The notes: generated by a model not told the origin, from the letters alone. DNA of 64,000 nt from an uncultured Verrucomicrobiae bacterium (GCA_963762565.1 CAVXLD010000007.1:32001-96000), one strand, 5' to 3'; counted from the first letter of the stretch, positions 30,538 to 42,037 are shown. Numbers and translations are program-made.

Positions 30538-30840
30538 ATGAACCGCTTCTTGACCTCGATTGTGCTTTTGCTGGTTTGCCTCAGTTTCACTTCGCTTGAG
30601 GCCAACGGCCAGGAGGAAAGGTATTGGGGCACGATTATCCGTAACCCACCCGCCAACTATGTGCTTCGAATGGATGACGGGAAGATACTGAATGCCGAGT
30701 GGGAAAGCGGTTATGATCAATGGTCGATTGGCGAAAGGATCATCCTCACCACCGAAAATGGCAGCGGCATCATGTTCTTTGAAAAGCAGCGGACGCAGGT
30801 CGCTGTTTTCCCGTATAATCCTTCGCAAATTGGAGAGTAG
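30538..30840 (+). CDS. Hypothetical secreted protein (100 aa)
   Basis: Clear signal peptide. Confidence 0.75.
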   Translation: MNRFLTSIVLLLVCLSFTSLEANGQEERYWGTIIRNPPANYVLRMDDGKILNAEWESGYDQWSIGERIILTTENGSGIMFFEKQRTQVAVFPYNPSQIGE

Positions 30841-30930
30841 GGAAGTAGAATGACACCTCCTGATCCTGCCCACTAGCTCAACCTTCGAAGTGTCAGGCTG
30901 ATTTCAACAGCACGTTGATCTTCACTGGCC

Positions 30931-31341
30931 TCATCTTCGAGAAGGCCAAGCCGGGCTTGCGTAGAGAGGAAGAGCCTCGCTTCGGGGATTTTTCCCGGCG
31001 TTCATGTTGATCACCTTTACGGTCTTTGGCTCGGGTCCCGGAATAAGCGCATAGTTGTTCAGCAACAGAACAGATTCGATGATCTGCACGAGCTCACTGC
31101 GAGGCACCGGTTTCGGCACAGAGATCGATATGGGCAAGGCATTCGCCACAAGGCTGCTATCCTTGATCAGGGCATTACCTGTCAGCTGTTGGTATTCCTG
31201 AAGGATCGTGTCAATGCTCGCATTGACTGCTTGAAATGAACTCATGGCATCTTCGTTCTGCGATACCCCAGCCGCTTTTTCCTGAGCGAGCAGCGGGGAC
31301 CCAGCAAGTAGACAAAACATTAGTAAGCAGCGGAAATACAT
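30931..31341 (-). pseudogene. gspD: Type II secretion secretin N0-domain fragment
   Basis: Signal peptide plus NASIDTILQEYQQLTG...IESVLLLNNYALIP; ends after about 130 aa; partly duplicated at 53974-54108. Confidence 0.65.
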
Positions 31342-31449
31342 CGTCGTTAATTCTGAATCGGGTCAGCTGGAGGTAACGGAAACTTATGTACATTAACGGC
31401 TCCTGGCAAACGGAGGGGTTTTCCGAAATAGCTCGTTCAGGGTCCAACA

Positions 31450-31481
31450 GCGAAAGCCATGTTATTTACGGGACAGGACAC
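31450..31481 (+). mobile_element. Isolated right TIR of the 62605-62895 MITE family
   Basis: gcgaaagccatgttatttacgggacaggacac followed by TA. Confidence 0.8.
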
Positions 31482-31482
31482 T

Positions 31483-31949
31483 AAACCCGATCCCAACACC
31501 TACCGGGTTGTACCCGGTAAGCTGTTGGCCGGCGAATATCCGGGCGCCCGCGATCCGGAAGAGGCGCGCAGCCGCCCGAGAAGTTTCTTGCTGCTGGAGT
31601 CCGTCATTTCATCGACCTGATCGAGGCCGGCGAACTTGAGCCCTACGCCGAATTACTCAGAGAAGAAGGGAGCTCTAGAACCACTTACCAGCGTTTTCCA
31701 ATTCGCGATGTTAGTGTGCCGGACGAACCGAAAACCATGGCAGAGATTGTTGCGGCTATTGATCGTGCAGTGGCAGAAGGTGGGATCACCTACGTCCATT
31801 ATTGGCTGCCGAAAGATTGGCCACCGGCGCCGATTATGCCGAATGTAATCTGTGTCGATTATAGCGCGGGTAAGAGTGGACCTTTAGTGCCTTATAGCTT
31901 CGATCCGGAGAGAGCGGGGGAGGGGAAGTTTACCACCGCCGGATTCTAA
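31483..31949 (+). pseudogene. Chimeric remnant: protein-tyrosine-phosphatase N-part joined to a metallophosphoesterase-like tail
   Basis: Matches 46692-47015 up to GGITYVH, then HYWL...PNVICVDYSAGKSGPLV. Confidence 0.65.
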
Positions 31950-32440
31950 CGATTCACATACAGGCATCCCGGCTCCTCAAATTCTGCGTTCTTTTTCAGG
32001 TCATTCACTGCCCAGCCCCGGGCGGCGCGCCGTAGAGGCAAAACTATCCATCCGTCTCCGTCCCCAACAGCAACGAAGTCGTCCGCAGCAACGCAAAGCG
32101 CGGTGAAAGCGCATACTAGCGCCGCTCGGTCGTCGTGGTTAACCACACTCGTTAGATCGAATCCATGGTCCTGTCCGGCAATAGGTAAGTTATCAGTCCC
32201 TGAAGCTTGCCAGAGCTGCAAAGAATTCCGAAAGAAAACATCAGACCGATCACCGCGTCTGGCTTGCAGATGCAAAGGATCGGTCAGCAACACACCGAGA
32301 AAAGCGCTCGGGAACGCCTCGACAATCGCGAATTGGTTGATCTCGGTCGCATGCGCCGCACCCCGCAAGTCGGCACTGCGAACGGACAATCTTGGCGCAC
32401 ATATTGGCCGCTTCATTACCTGTTTCCGCCGATCCGTTCG
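31946..32440 (-). pseudogene. DUF429-like protein, 5'-truncated
   Basis: IVEAFPSAFLG...NHDDRAALVCAFTA...GDGWIVLP. Confidence 0.55.
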
Positions 32441-32541
32441 GAACGCTTTAAAAGGGAGGTGGGAGAGAGTTTTGATGAGTACAAGAAGCTCGCGATAGGC
32501 AACATTAAGGCGATTGAAAAGCAACTGCAGTAAGAGAGACT

Positions 32542-33387
32542 ATGAAAATTGGCGCGAGTACGTTTATCTGGGTTTCACCATTCTCAAATAAAACGTTGGA
32601 TCTGGCCGAGAAGGCGCGTGAGATGGGATTCGATATTCTGGAAATCTGTGTTGAAGATCCGAGAACCATCGATGCAAAATCGATCCTTGGCCGACTAGAA
32701 AAGAATCGGTTGGAAACCACTATATGCGGAGCGTTTGGTCCGGATCGCGATGCGAGTTCGGAAGACGCTTCAATCCGGGACCAGGCAGTCAGGTATATCA
32801 ACACGTGTGTGGATATAGCGCAGCAGCTTAATTCGCGGGTCGTGGCTGGTCCGATGTATTCTGCAGTGGGCAAAACGCGGCTCTTGTCTCCGAGTGAAAA
32901 AGAACAGCAATGGCAATGGGCTGTCGATAGCCTTCGAAAAGCGGGGGACTATGCAGGTGAACGGAATGTAAAGCTCGCTTTGGAGCCCTTAAATCGATTT
33001 GAAACGGATTTTATCAACACGGCGGAGCAGGGACTGGAGTTGGTAGACCGCATCGCAAATTCGAATGTCGGATTGTTGTTGGATACTTTTCACATGAACG
33101 TCGAAGAGAAGGACTCCGCCGAAGCGATAAGAAAAGCGGGCGCACACATTTTTCACTTTCATACTTGTGAGAACGATCGAGGAACGCCGGGCACGGGCCA
33201 GGTTAATTGGAATGCCGTAAAACGAGCTTTGCGTGATGTACGCTACGAGGGTCCCGCTGTTATCGAGGCGTTTAACAGTGGTATTAAAGAAATCGCCAAA
33301 GCTGTCGCTCTGTGGCGTCCCCTGGCTTCAAGTCCAGATTCATTGGCAAGCGAAGGGCTTCGCTTCCTAAGGGAGCTATTCGCCTGA
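32542..33387 (+). CDS. D-psicose/D-tagatose 3-epimerase family sugar isomerase
   Basis: EPLNRFE, LDTFHMN, HTCENDRGTPG, IEAF motifs. Confidence 0.92.
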   Translation: MKIGASTFIWVSPFSNKTLDLAEKAREMGFDILEICVEDPRTIDAKSILGRLEKNRLETTICGAFGPDRDASSEDASIRDQAVRYINTCVDIAQQLNSRVVAGPMYSAVGKTRLLSPSEKEQQWQWAVDSLRKAGDYAGERNVKLALEPLNRFETDFINTAEQGLELVDRIANSNVGLLLDTFHMNVEEKDSAEAIRKAGAHIFHFHTCENDRGTPGTGQVNWNAVKRALRDVRYEGPAVIEAFNSGIKEIAKAVALWRPLASSPDSLASEGLRFLRELFA

Positions 33388-33576
33388 TTTGGTGGTCCAG
33401 TAGGGACCGTTTTTTCTAAGATGCCGTTTGCCTCCGAATTTTCTCTGGCGACTGCCTCTCGACTTTCGTAGGAGCTGCTGGGCAGCATGCGCGCTCTTTT
33501 GGCGCGGGCTCCGGTTGGCTGAGAGCATGCCTATTTACGGTTAGTCAGCCTCCGCTAGTTAATATTTTGGTGTCTC

Positions 33577-34548
33577 TCACCGGCCTTCCGCTTGAAACCG
33601 TAGAGAGCTGACGGCCACTGCGAAGATGATCAGAAGGCCGATCACGACATCCTGAATGTACGGGTCTACCCGCATCATATTGAGCGCATTCCCGATCACG
33701 CCCCAGAGCAGCACACCGCAAAACGTTCCGAGCGCGTTTCCTTTGCCGCCAGACATCGGTGTGCCCCCGATCACTACCGAGCCGATTGCTTGCAGTTCGA
33801 TTCCAGTACCAGTGCTGGGCTGAGCCGCTCCTACGCGCGACAGCAGAAGCATCGAGGCAACGCCGACAAAAAGCCCGTTTAGAGAAAAGAAGATCAATTT
33901 TCGCCGATTTACGTTGATTCCGGATAGGTACGCAGCTCTGGGGTTGTTACCAATTGCGTAGATACTCCGTCCCAATTGCGTGTGCGAAAGAATGAAGTGG
34001 ATGACGCCATAGCCAGCCAGTGCAATGACGAAAAGGATGGGAATAAGGTTGAAGATTTTGACCCCGCCAAGAGTCTCGAACTGCCCGTAGATGGTCTGGA
34101 TGGTGCCTTGGGTGATGAAAAGGGCGATCCCCTGAAAAACACCGATCGCTGCCAGGGAAATGATGAACGAAGGTGCTTGAAAGATAATCGACGCCGCTCC
34201 GATTGCAGTCGCGCACACGATGGAGATGAATACGCCGATTGTGGCCGCCAAGGGTGGGAAGAGACCATTGCGCATTAGGATCGCCATGACAACGGTGGAG
34301 AGTCCGATGTTCGCTCCGACCGATATATCAAAGTTACCGGAAATGATCAGGATTGTTGCCCCGCAAGAGGCAAGGCTCAGGACGGAGATCTGTCCCAGCA
34401 GATTCGTGATATTTCCCAGCCACCAATAACGAGGATTTACGGTGCCGGCGATCAGAGAGAGAATTGCGACAACGATTAAGAGAAAGGACCATTGATTGCT
34501 GAGTAGGGTCTGTTTCAGCCTGGTTCCGAATTTGCGCACATCATCCAT
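33577..34548 (-). CDS. Sugar ABC transporter permease (RbsC-like)
   Basis: GNFDISVG, AIGNNPRAAYLSGI, VVIGGTPMSGGKG. Confidence 0.95.
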   Translation of the reverse strand: MDDVRKFGTRLKQTLLSNQWSFLLIVVAILSLIAGTVNPRYWWLGNITNLLGQISVLSLASCGATILIISGNFDISVGANIGLSTVVMAILMRNGLFPPLAATIGVFISIVCATAIGAASIIFQAPSFIISLAAIGVFQGIALFITQGTIQTIYGQFETLGGVKIFNLIPILFVIALAGYGVIHFILSHTQLGRSIYAIGNNPRAAYLSGINVNRRKLIFFSLNGLFVGVASMLLLSRVGAAQPSTGTGIELQAIGSVVIGGTPMSGGKGNALGTFCGVLLWGVIGNALNMMRVDPYIQDVVIGLLIIFAVAVSSLRFQAEGR

Positions 34549-36052
34549 CTGAGACCTCTTCAATTCCCAAATAGTGACCTAATAGCTCGTGTTCGGAAGT
34601 TTCCCGTGCATTGACCTCTGCGACCAGTTTTCCATCGCGCATCACGGCAATCCGGTCGCTCATCGAAATGAGTTCCGGCATGTCCGACGACACCATGAGA
34701 ATGCTCTTTCCTTCCTTGACGAGTTCAATCATCCGGTTGTAGATTTCCTCTTTGGCCCCGATATCGACTCCCTTCGTTGGTTCGTCGAATATGTAAACTA
34801 ACGCCTTGCTCAGTAACCAGCGTGCCAGGATCGCTTTTTGTTGATTGCCGCCGCTTAAAGAGCTAATGCGCTGCTGCAGGCCGGCCGATATAATGTGCAG
34901 ACGCCCCACGAGCCTATCTGCATCGGCGATTTCCGCGGAGTGATTCAATATCGGCGGATGCAATTCGTTACGGACAATTGCGATATTTTCCAGGAGCGAC
35001 CGCGTATCGAAAAGACCGAGGGTTTTTCTATCTTCTGGGATCATCGCAATTCCCTGTGCGATGGCTTCGGCCGGGTTTGAATACTCGATTTCGCGGCCTT
35101 GAAAATAAACCTGGCCGGCTGTCCTTTTCTGCCCTCCGAAGAGGACGTTCATGACGGCCGATCTACCGCAACCGACGACCCCTCCGAAGCCCAGGATCTC
35201 GCCGCGATGAAGGTCGAAAGAGACATCGAAAAAATGCTCGCGTAGTGTGAGATGACGGACCTGCAGTACCATTTCTCCGGTGGTCACATGATCTCGCACG
35301 TGAAACAATGAACGGTCTCTTCCGATCATCGACCGGGTAACTTCGTCGATGGTTGTTTTCTCGATATTGAAGGTCCCGGATACTCTTCCGTCCTTGAGAA
35401 CCGTTACTCGATCGCCGATCATGAATATTTCGCGCAGGAAATGCGAGATATAGATGATCGCTTTATTTTGCGCGGTCAGATTTTTGATAAGCTTCAGCAG
35501 CGTTTTGATTTCTTCGACGCCAAGCGAAGCGGTCGGTTCATCCATGATTAGGATTCTGGCGTTTAGATAAAGCGCTTTAACAATTTGGAGCATCTGCTGC
35601 TCTGCTGGGGAAAGAGACTCGACCAAGCTCAGAGGATTGAGATCAACATTCATCGACCGCATCAACTCAGCGCTCTTGCGATTTTGAGCGTTTGCATCGA
35701 TGAAGCGCCACGGATTGCGAATCTCTCGCCCAAGAAAGATGTTATCAGCGGCCGTCAGCGAAGTGATCAGTTCCACGTCCTGATAGATTGTCGCGATGCC
35801 CGCTTCAAAGGACTGCTGTGGTGAAAGCCGGGCGTATGCTTGGCCAAAGGCAGTGATCGTTCCGCTATCTGGTCTCTCGGCGCCGGCCAATATCTTGATG
35901 AGCGTGGACTTGCCTGCGCCGTTTTCACCGACCAGGCAATGAACCTCGCCGGCTCGCAAGTCAAAATCGACTTTATCGAGCGCGACGGTGTCGCCGAATT
36001 TCTTGCTCAGGTTGTGGATCGCCAGAATGTCGCGGCCGCCGCACTGCTCCAT
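34541..36052 (-). CDS. Sugar ABC transporter ATP-binding protein (RbsA-like, two ABC domains)
   Basis: GENGAGKS, MDEPT, LSGGNQQK. Confidence 0.96.
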   Translation of the reverse strand: MEQCGGRDILAIHNLSKKFGDTVALDKVDFDLRAGEVHCLVGENGAGKSTLIKILAGAERPDSGTITAFGQAYARLSPQQSFEAGIATIYQDVELITSLTAADNIFLGREIRNPWRFIDANAQNRKSAELMRSMNVDLNPLSLVESLSPAEQQMLQIVKALYLNARILIMDEPTASLGVEEIKTLLKLIKNLTAQNKAIIYISHFLREIFMIGDRVTVLKDGRVSGTFNIEKTTIDEVTRSMIGRDRSLFHVRDHVTTGEMVLQVRHLTLREHFFDVSFDLHRGEILGFGGVVGCGRSAVMNVLFGGQKRTAGQVYFQGREIEYSNPAEAIAQGIAMIPEDRKTLGLFDTRSLLENIAIVRNELHPPILNHSAEIADADRLVGRLHIISAGLQQRISSLSGGNQQKAILARWLLSKALVYIFDEPTKGVDIGAKEEIYNRMIELVKEGKSILMVSSDMPELISMSDRIAVMRDGKLVAEVNARETSEHELLGHYLGIEEVSDG

Positions 36053-36064
36053 CGGGTGGTTATT

Positions 36065-37090
36065 TTATGGAGCTTTGTCCGAAAGACGAGCGCCCAGTTC
36101 CGGGAAGTATTGCTTCGTCAACTGAATCCAAACCGGATCGTACTCCCATGGGACAACTTTGGTTTTGTCCAGGATTGTATCTTTGGTCACAGGGATGACC
36201 GGAAGCATAATCTGCTGATTCAGTTTCTTGGATTCGCCGGATACATATTGGTTCAAGGCTAGTAAAGCAACGACCCCTTCCCATCCGGGCGAACTGCTGA
36301 TCGTGTAATTCAGCTCACCGGATTGAACCAGTGGAATTCCCACGGGAGAGCCGTTCTGGGCGATAACGACATATTGGTCGAGCATTCCCTGAGTTTTAAG
36401 GTAACGAATGACGGCGGCAGCCATGTCTTCGTTCATGATCCAGAGGATGTCGAACTTCGTGCCGGATTGAACAAGATCCTGAGCCTGAGTCACAGCAACG
36501 GCGGGGTTGTACTTTCCGTCTCGGACTGCGACGATCTCGTTTTTGCCGAGTTCCTTCATGCGATCCTTCATTGCCCCGGTAATCATTTGAACCGGCAGAT
36601 GTTCAAGAAGCCCCGTGATCAGGGCGACCTTCTTACCGGGGAAATGTTCCGCGATATAGTCGGCATAATTTTTGCCCATCGCTTTCCAGTCAAAATCCAC
36701 TGCTGCGACAATATCGTTGCCGCTTGCCAAGGCCTGTCCGCAGTTGTCGACGGTCACCAGAGGGATCCCGGCCACTTTGCACTTCTTGGCAGCGGTAATA
36801 GCTCCCTGCTGGTTAAACGAAAAGATCGCCATTCCGTCGACTCCTTGTGTGATTAGAGAATCGATGTTCGAAACCTCTTTCTGCACGTCGTAATCGGAAT
36901 TCAGGACGACCGTTTTAATACCTAACATTTTGGCGGCCAGCACAAAGCCGTCGACATCCCGCTTGTACCAAGTATCGGGACCAGGAGTGATGTATCCGAA
37001 CGTTAGTTCTTTGTTGGCGGCATAGTTCGCCGGTGGAAACCAGAGAACCATCGTTAAAATAAGAAGGAGGAGCGAAATGAACTTTTTCAT
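36065..37090 (-). CDS. Sugar ABC transporter substrate-binding protein
   Basis: Signal peptide, periplasmic binding-protein pattern, first gene of the operon. Confidence 0.92.
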   Translation of the reverse strand: MKKFISLLLLILTMVLWFPPANYAANKELTFGYITPGPDTWYKRDVDGFVLAAKMLGIKTVVLNSDYDVQKEVSNIDSLITQGVDGMAIFSFNQQGAITAAKKCKVAGIPLVTVDNCGQALASGNDIVAAVDFDWKAMGKNYADYIAEHFPGKKVALITGLLEHLPVQMITGAMKDRMKELGKNEIVAVRDGKYNPAVAVTQAQDLVQSGTKFDILWIMNEDMAAAVIRYLKTQGMLDQYVVIAQNGSPVGIPLVQSGELNYTISSSPGWEGVVALLALNQYVSGESKKLNQQIMLPVIPVTKDTILDKTKVVPWEYDPVWIQLTKQYFPELGARLSDKAP

Positions 37091-37559
37091 TGTGCAAGCT
37101 GTCCAGGCGGTTTGAGGGGAGAATCAGATAGTTGCTCTTGAACTGACCGACGGTTCTCGCGAAGCCGGTCCAAAGGGGAAAAGCTAGATTTCTCATAGCG
37201 GACCAGTCGGCCGATTGTCAAACGATTTCAGCTGCGCCGGGATCGCAAAGCAACGCAGACAAAAGCGTGATCCTAAGGGAATCGATACGCTGTCGAGCGC
37301 CTCCGCGACTTGGTTCGATTTGATGACAGGACGGCAACAGAGATCGAGGTGGGAGACACAGCGGTTTATTCTTGGCTTGCCGGTGAACGAGACCAGCGAA
37401 ACCGGAACGCATCATCCCTAGCTAGAGAGGTAGCCATCAACCCTTTGTTGCCGACTGATAAGACAATCGCAAAGCGGGGACTCCGCTTTCCGAAATGGAG
37501 GTCACTTCTGACGGTGGTCTGGAGCCAGAGCCTCCAAAGCTCACCGATTGTTAATTGCC

Positions 37560-38070
37560 GATTGCTGATTAACATCCACTGCCTATGTCCCGTTCGCACT
37601 TCCTATTCCCGCGGCGGTTTCAATTTCGCTCTTTCTGATCGCTCCCCTGGTTCGAGGATTTTGGGAAATCCCGTTGTCGTTGTTTGCGGCAGGTTGGATT
37701 TGCCAAGTGCTTGGACACCTCATCGAAGGTAAGCCATCGGAATTCCTCAAAGACTGGCGGTTTCTGTTGGTCGAACTACCCCGAGCCGGTTTCTGTGATC
37801 CGCCTCTCGATCTTCCAGAGCCGGATCGATTTGGCGTCATCTATTTTGGTTCATCGCTCCGGCTTTGCTTCTTCGAGCGGGTGCTACGAGATCGCAGAAA
37901 CGGCCGGTTAGGCGATCTTCCGATGCCTTTCGCCGAGTTCGAACAATTGACTTGTGCGGAAATAACGACCGCCCGGCAACTGAACCTCGTCGATCTCCGC
38001 AGTGACTGTCTGGTTAAATAGGCGCCCCGACCGACGCCATTCGAGCATTGAATCACTGCTTGGGACAGTA
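37560..38070 (+). pseudogene. Fused remnants: DUF962-like membrane protein (to about 37772) and RES-domain protein
   Basis: GWICQVLGHLIEGKPSEFLKDWRFLLV, then DRFGVIYFGSSLRLCFFERVLRD...LNLVDLR; another DUF962 piece at about 48640-48700. Confidence 0.6.
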
Positions 38071-38247
38071 CTCAGTGCCTGTCATGAGAATTCTCACTGC
38101 CAGCGCACAAATCAAACGCGAACGGTAGCGTCTGGATCGATATCTGATCTTAGGTCTGCGCGCGACTAGACGTTAGTTTACACTGGCTAACAGAAGCTGC
38201 CATGTTTCACTCTTGCCCGCCACAACGGCGCATGATATTTTTATCAT

Positions 38248-38499
38248 GTGAAAGCGACGATTACTGAGCGAGGTCAAGTCTCTATTCCTGCGCAAATCCG
38301 GCGCGAAATGCACCTCCAGCCCGGCCAGATTGTGATCTTTGAGAAAATCTCTGAAAAAGAGTGCCGCCTGATTATTGAGCCCCGGCCGGTCAGAAAACCG
38401 AACCCGATGGCGGCGCTCGGTTTCGCGCAGCGCCACGGGCTGCCGGCAAAGACCACTGCGGAATGGATGCGCCTCTTGCGCGAAGGAGAAAGGGACTGA
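38248..38499 (+). CDS. vapB: AbrB/MazE-family antitoxin
   Basis: ITERGQVSIPAQIRR; TGATG overlap with the PIN gene. Confidence 0.9.
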   Translation: MKATITERGQVSIPAQIRREMHLQPGQIVIFEKISEKECRLIIEPRPVRKPNPMAALGFAQRHGLPAKTTAEWMRLLREGERD

Positions 38500-38897
38500 T
38501 GGCCTGGGTGGTCGACACCTCAGTTCTCTTAGATATCCATATGCAGGATCCAACCTTTGGCCGGCGTTCCGCGCAGTGCCTTGCCCGTTATCTGCGGAAT
38601 GGGTTGGTGGCTTGCCCAATCAGTTACATTGAGATTGCTCCGGCATTTTCCAGTCAAGTGGGGCTTCAGATAGAATTTCTTCAGCAAGTTGGCGTGCAAT
38701 GGCGGGAGCCTTGGACTTGGTCAGATACCGAAGCTGCCCACAGGCTTTGGGGACAATACGTGGAGAAAAAGCGTGCCGGTAAGACTGGACGCCGGCCCGT
38801 CGCGGATGTGTTGATCGAGGCGTTCGCCCAGCGCTTCGATGGCTTGATCACGCGAAATCCCAAGGACTTTGCATCGGTAAGATGCATTGCTCCATGA
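38499..38897 (+). CDS. vapC: PIN-domain toxin
   Basis: VDTSVL, YIE, ADVLI, ITRNPKDF. Confidence 0.92.
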   Translation: MAWVVDTSVLLDIHMQDPTFGRRSAQCLARYLRNGLVACPISYIEIAPAFSSQVGLQIEFLQQVGVQWREPWTWSDTEAAHRLWGQYVEKKRAGKTGRRPVADVLIEAFAQRFDGLITRNPKDFASVRCIAP

Positions 38898-39222
38898 GCT
38901 TCAGATGATAAGCCTGATCGAATCCTTCTTTAAGCGCATTGCCCTTCTTGAAACAGCCGGCGCCTTCTCCGGGTCGTCACTAGCCCCAGGCCGCTCAGGG
39001 ATTCGCAACGAGTCCAAATCGAGCTGGCGTGGTTCAGAACCGGAGCCAAGGTGGTTTCGGTTGTATCGGTCCCTGATCTGCTCGGGATGGGGTTTGCGGC
39101 GAGCCCGTTCAGCCCAAATTTCGATTTTCGGAGTTTGCCCTTCCGCGCCGCCCGGAGCTAGAGCGAAGAGAATCTATTTTAGGTTCGCATTCGCAGCACT
39201 CAGGATGCTATGAATTGGTTGC

Positions 39223-39558
39223 ATGCTCTCACGGACAGAGCGAATTGACGAATTTCACCTCAAGCTCACCCGCACCGAAAAGGAACGGTATGAGGAGTTC
39301 CTGAAAACCGAGGAGGCAGAGCTCCTGCTGGAGATGCATCAATATTTCGCTGAGGCGAAAGGTCAGGCCGGCGGGATCAGGTTCGACAATGCTAGTCTCT
39401 GGTCGAAGATCGAAAACCGAGTGAGTGTCTGGTTCGCGGAGGTTTGTGCAGACAGGAATCAAAACCAAAACCTGATTCGGCGGTCAAAGGAAGCGATCTT
39501 GCACCGAATGAGAATTCTGTTGGCCAAGACAATCAGGGAGTCGCTTCGCAGGAAGTAG
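39223..39558 (+). CDS. Hypothetical helical protein (111 aa)
   Basis: ORF with protein-like composition only. Confidence 0.55.
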   Translation: MLSRTERIDEFHLKLTRTEKERYEEFLKTEEAELLLEMHQYFAEAKGQAGGIRFDNASLWSKIENRVSVWFAEVCADRNQNQNLIRRSKEAILHRMRILLAKTIRESLRRK

Positions 39559-39899
39559 CTTCGATATGGAGTACCAATGGCGGCGGTGTCGGAAGCGATT
39601 GTGGTAGTGAATCTGCCGGCCCAGAGCAGAACGCCAAGGGTATGGCACTGCGCTCGGGGAAAGCGTGGCAGGGAAGTAAATCGGTGGGTAAACGATTAGT
39701 GGGGTACGCGGTCTTCACGGCTCAATAGAAAGGCATTCTCGCTATGAATGCCGTGCGGGAAGGGAAAGTCAGGGGCAGTCAATCTAATCGCGACCGTTTT
39801 TGGTACACTGATCGACGATATTCTTTCGATCCCAGGAGCGTGAGCGGTCGTCATTTTTGGATCAATTCTTGATCGATCAAGCACTGCGCGACCCGAGGA

Positions 39900-40075
39900 C
39901 GGAATGGGCTGGGGGTCACCTGCTCAGTCGAGTCGTCGCCGGTAAGAAACCGCGGTGGTTGCTTGTTAAAATAAGAGACGAAAAAGCCGACTCGCGCCAA
40001 ATTTTATCAAAAAACGAAAGCAAATCGGCACTAAGCGGGCGGACGATGCGACAAATCAGAGAGGAAGAAAGATAG
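39900..40075 (+). pseudogene. LigD phosphoesterase-module C-terminal remnant
   Basis: WLLVKIRDEKAD...SALSGRTMRQI. Confidence 0.55.
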
Positions 40076-40213
40076 TCAGCAAAAAGCTGCACAGAATCTC
40101 CGGCGAAGGGTGCTTGAGAATGCCGTCCGATTACCCGGCACTTAGCGACGTGCGGCATCCTTCGATTTAGGAATGTGCTCGCCCGAGGCCGCGTGCGATG
40201 GTTTGATGCGCTT

Positions 40214-40423
40214 ATGAGTGACCACATCTACAAAAAGATTGAGCTGGTCGGTTCTTCTCCAAACGGCATCGAAGACGCAGTGAACAACGCGATCACGCGA
40301 GCTGGCAAGACGATCCGAAATATGAAGTGGTTTGAGGTCGCTGAGGTGCGCGGCCACCTCGAAAATAACAAGGTTGCGGACTGGCAGGTGACAGTGAAGG
40401 TCGGCTTCACTCTGGATACCTGA
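40214..40423 (+). CDS. Dodecin (flavin-binding protein)
   Basis: [10 protein letters not shown]...WFEVAEVRG...WQVTVKVGF. Confidence 0.95.
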   Translation: MSDHIYKKIELVGSSPNGIEDAVNNAITRAGKTIRNMKWFEVAEVRGHLENNKVADWQVTVKVGFTLDT

Positions 40424-41190
40424 TAAGAGTGGGACCGCTGCCGGCAGGCTGCGAGCACGGCAAATGCCGATCGGCCCAGGAAACGGAAATTTAGGACGCT
40501 CAGGCGTAATCTAAATAATCGATTATGCCCTGCGTACGCCGGAAGGGAATCGCGAAGCGTTGCAACGGAACAAATTCTACTTGCCGCAGCAATTGCAACC
40601 AAAACGTGGCTTTTCTGCGATCTAAGAGAAGGTCCGTTTTAACGGCCGAAGGATATGAGAGCTCTTTGGAAAGAAAGCATTGGCTTCGGCCTGGTTAACA
40701 TCCTTGTCATGCAAACACGTCGTGACGGTTGCTATTGACGGACCGACCAGTGCTTTTTTCTCCAAGACCACGCTCGCACGACTCAATTCGAACCCTGCTC
40801 AGTTCGGAGAGTCCGCCGCTTCCTCGTCCGATCCAGCGGGCCTTTCCGAATGATGACAACTAGAGAGAACCTGACACGGCCGGCGAGGGCTCTACGCTCT
40901 CGCTGGCCTTTGGTCCAGACTTAACAGAATGATTGTCCGCAGAATTCGAGCCGTTGAACCGCCAAAAAATCGCACAGGACACGAAGAAAACAGGGCAGGA
41001 GTTGAACGTTCGAAGCACTGCGACCCCGATGCTGACAGCACTGAAATCGAGACCGTACGCAACGGGGATCAAAACGATCAAGAGTGTGGGCTAAATCGGC
41101 TTAGGCGAATCTTCCCGCGTTCTCCACGGCCCTGAGAAAGAGCGTGATATTCCAAGCCAGCCGCCTTTACTCGAGATCAATGACAGCAAG

Positions 41191-41224
41191 CGGGACCAGT
41201 GAGGTTTTCACCCCACTGGTCCGG
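41191..41224. terminator. Stem-loop, possible terminator
   Basis: ggaccagtg ... cactggtcc inverted repeat. Confidence 0.4.
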
Positions 41225-41601
41225 TTACTTAGCATCACACATCAGAAAAGCCGCTTATGACCTTGGGAGCAGGCTTGTCTGACATAATAGGTTCGATGGC
41301 CGCCTATCTACTAGTCGTTTTACCGTCGGAGTTTAGAGCGTCTTGTAAATGGAGGAGCCCGGCAAAACGATTACGCCTCACCGGGCCCGGTTTTCCTCAA
41401 GGAGCGAATTGGAAAGCCGGGACTGCCAGCGGAGCAGTGACGGCTTCCCTATCCATAGTTCGATGGACAAGCGCAAGATGGTTTGGCGAAACGGTGGTTA
41501 TATGCTTCAGGAATCGAACAGTAAGCGGTCTAGCTCGCGCTTGATGCGGGAACGGGACCAGGTTTGACCATAAATAAACCCAGTATCAGGCTACAGGTAC
41601 A

Positions 41602-41898
41602 ATGGCTGAATCCATTTATCTTGTAACGGTCGGCGTGAATGAAGAACTGGCGCAAATCCGGTCTAATCGCTTTTTAGTTGAATTGCGATGTGATGAGCAC
41701 GCCAGATTGGACGTTGGCGACCGGGAGGCGATAGCCTGTGAAATCGCAAGGGAAGCCGCAAAGCAGCTTTACCCCATCGCTGGACCTATCGGCTACACGG
41801 AGGCGAACCGGCTGACCGAAAGTCTCCGCGCAGACCCCGGCAAAGAGGATTACACCGCGTCGTGCGGTGCGTGCAGAGTTTGGCTTGTACTGCCGTGA
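41602..41898 (+). CDS. Hypothetical protein (98 aa)
   Basis: ORF with plausible RBS; C-terminal CxxC. Confidence 0.55.
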   Translation: MAESIYLVTVGVNEELAQIRSNRFLVELRCDEHARLDVGDREAIACEIAREAAKQLYPIAGPIGYTEANRLTESLRADPGKEDYTASCGACRVWLVLP

Positions 41899-42037
41899 CG
41901 GTTAGGAACTAACCTCGCGCGCGGTCTAAACGCGTTTGACGATAATATGAAAGTAACCAAGCTTCTGTCTCAAGTGGCAGATCTTTTCTATCGGGCAACA
42001 GTGGGAGCCGACGAGTCACTGACTTGGTCCACTAGGC

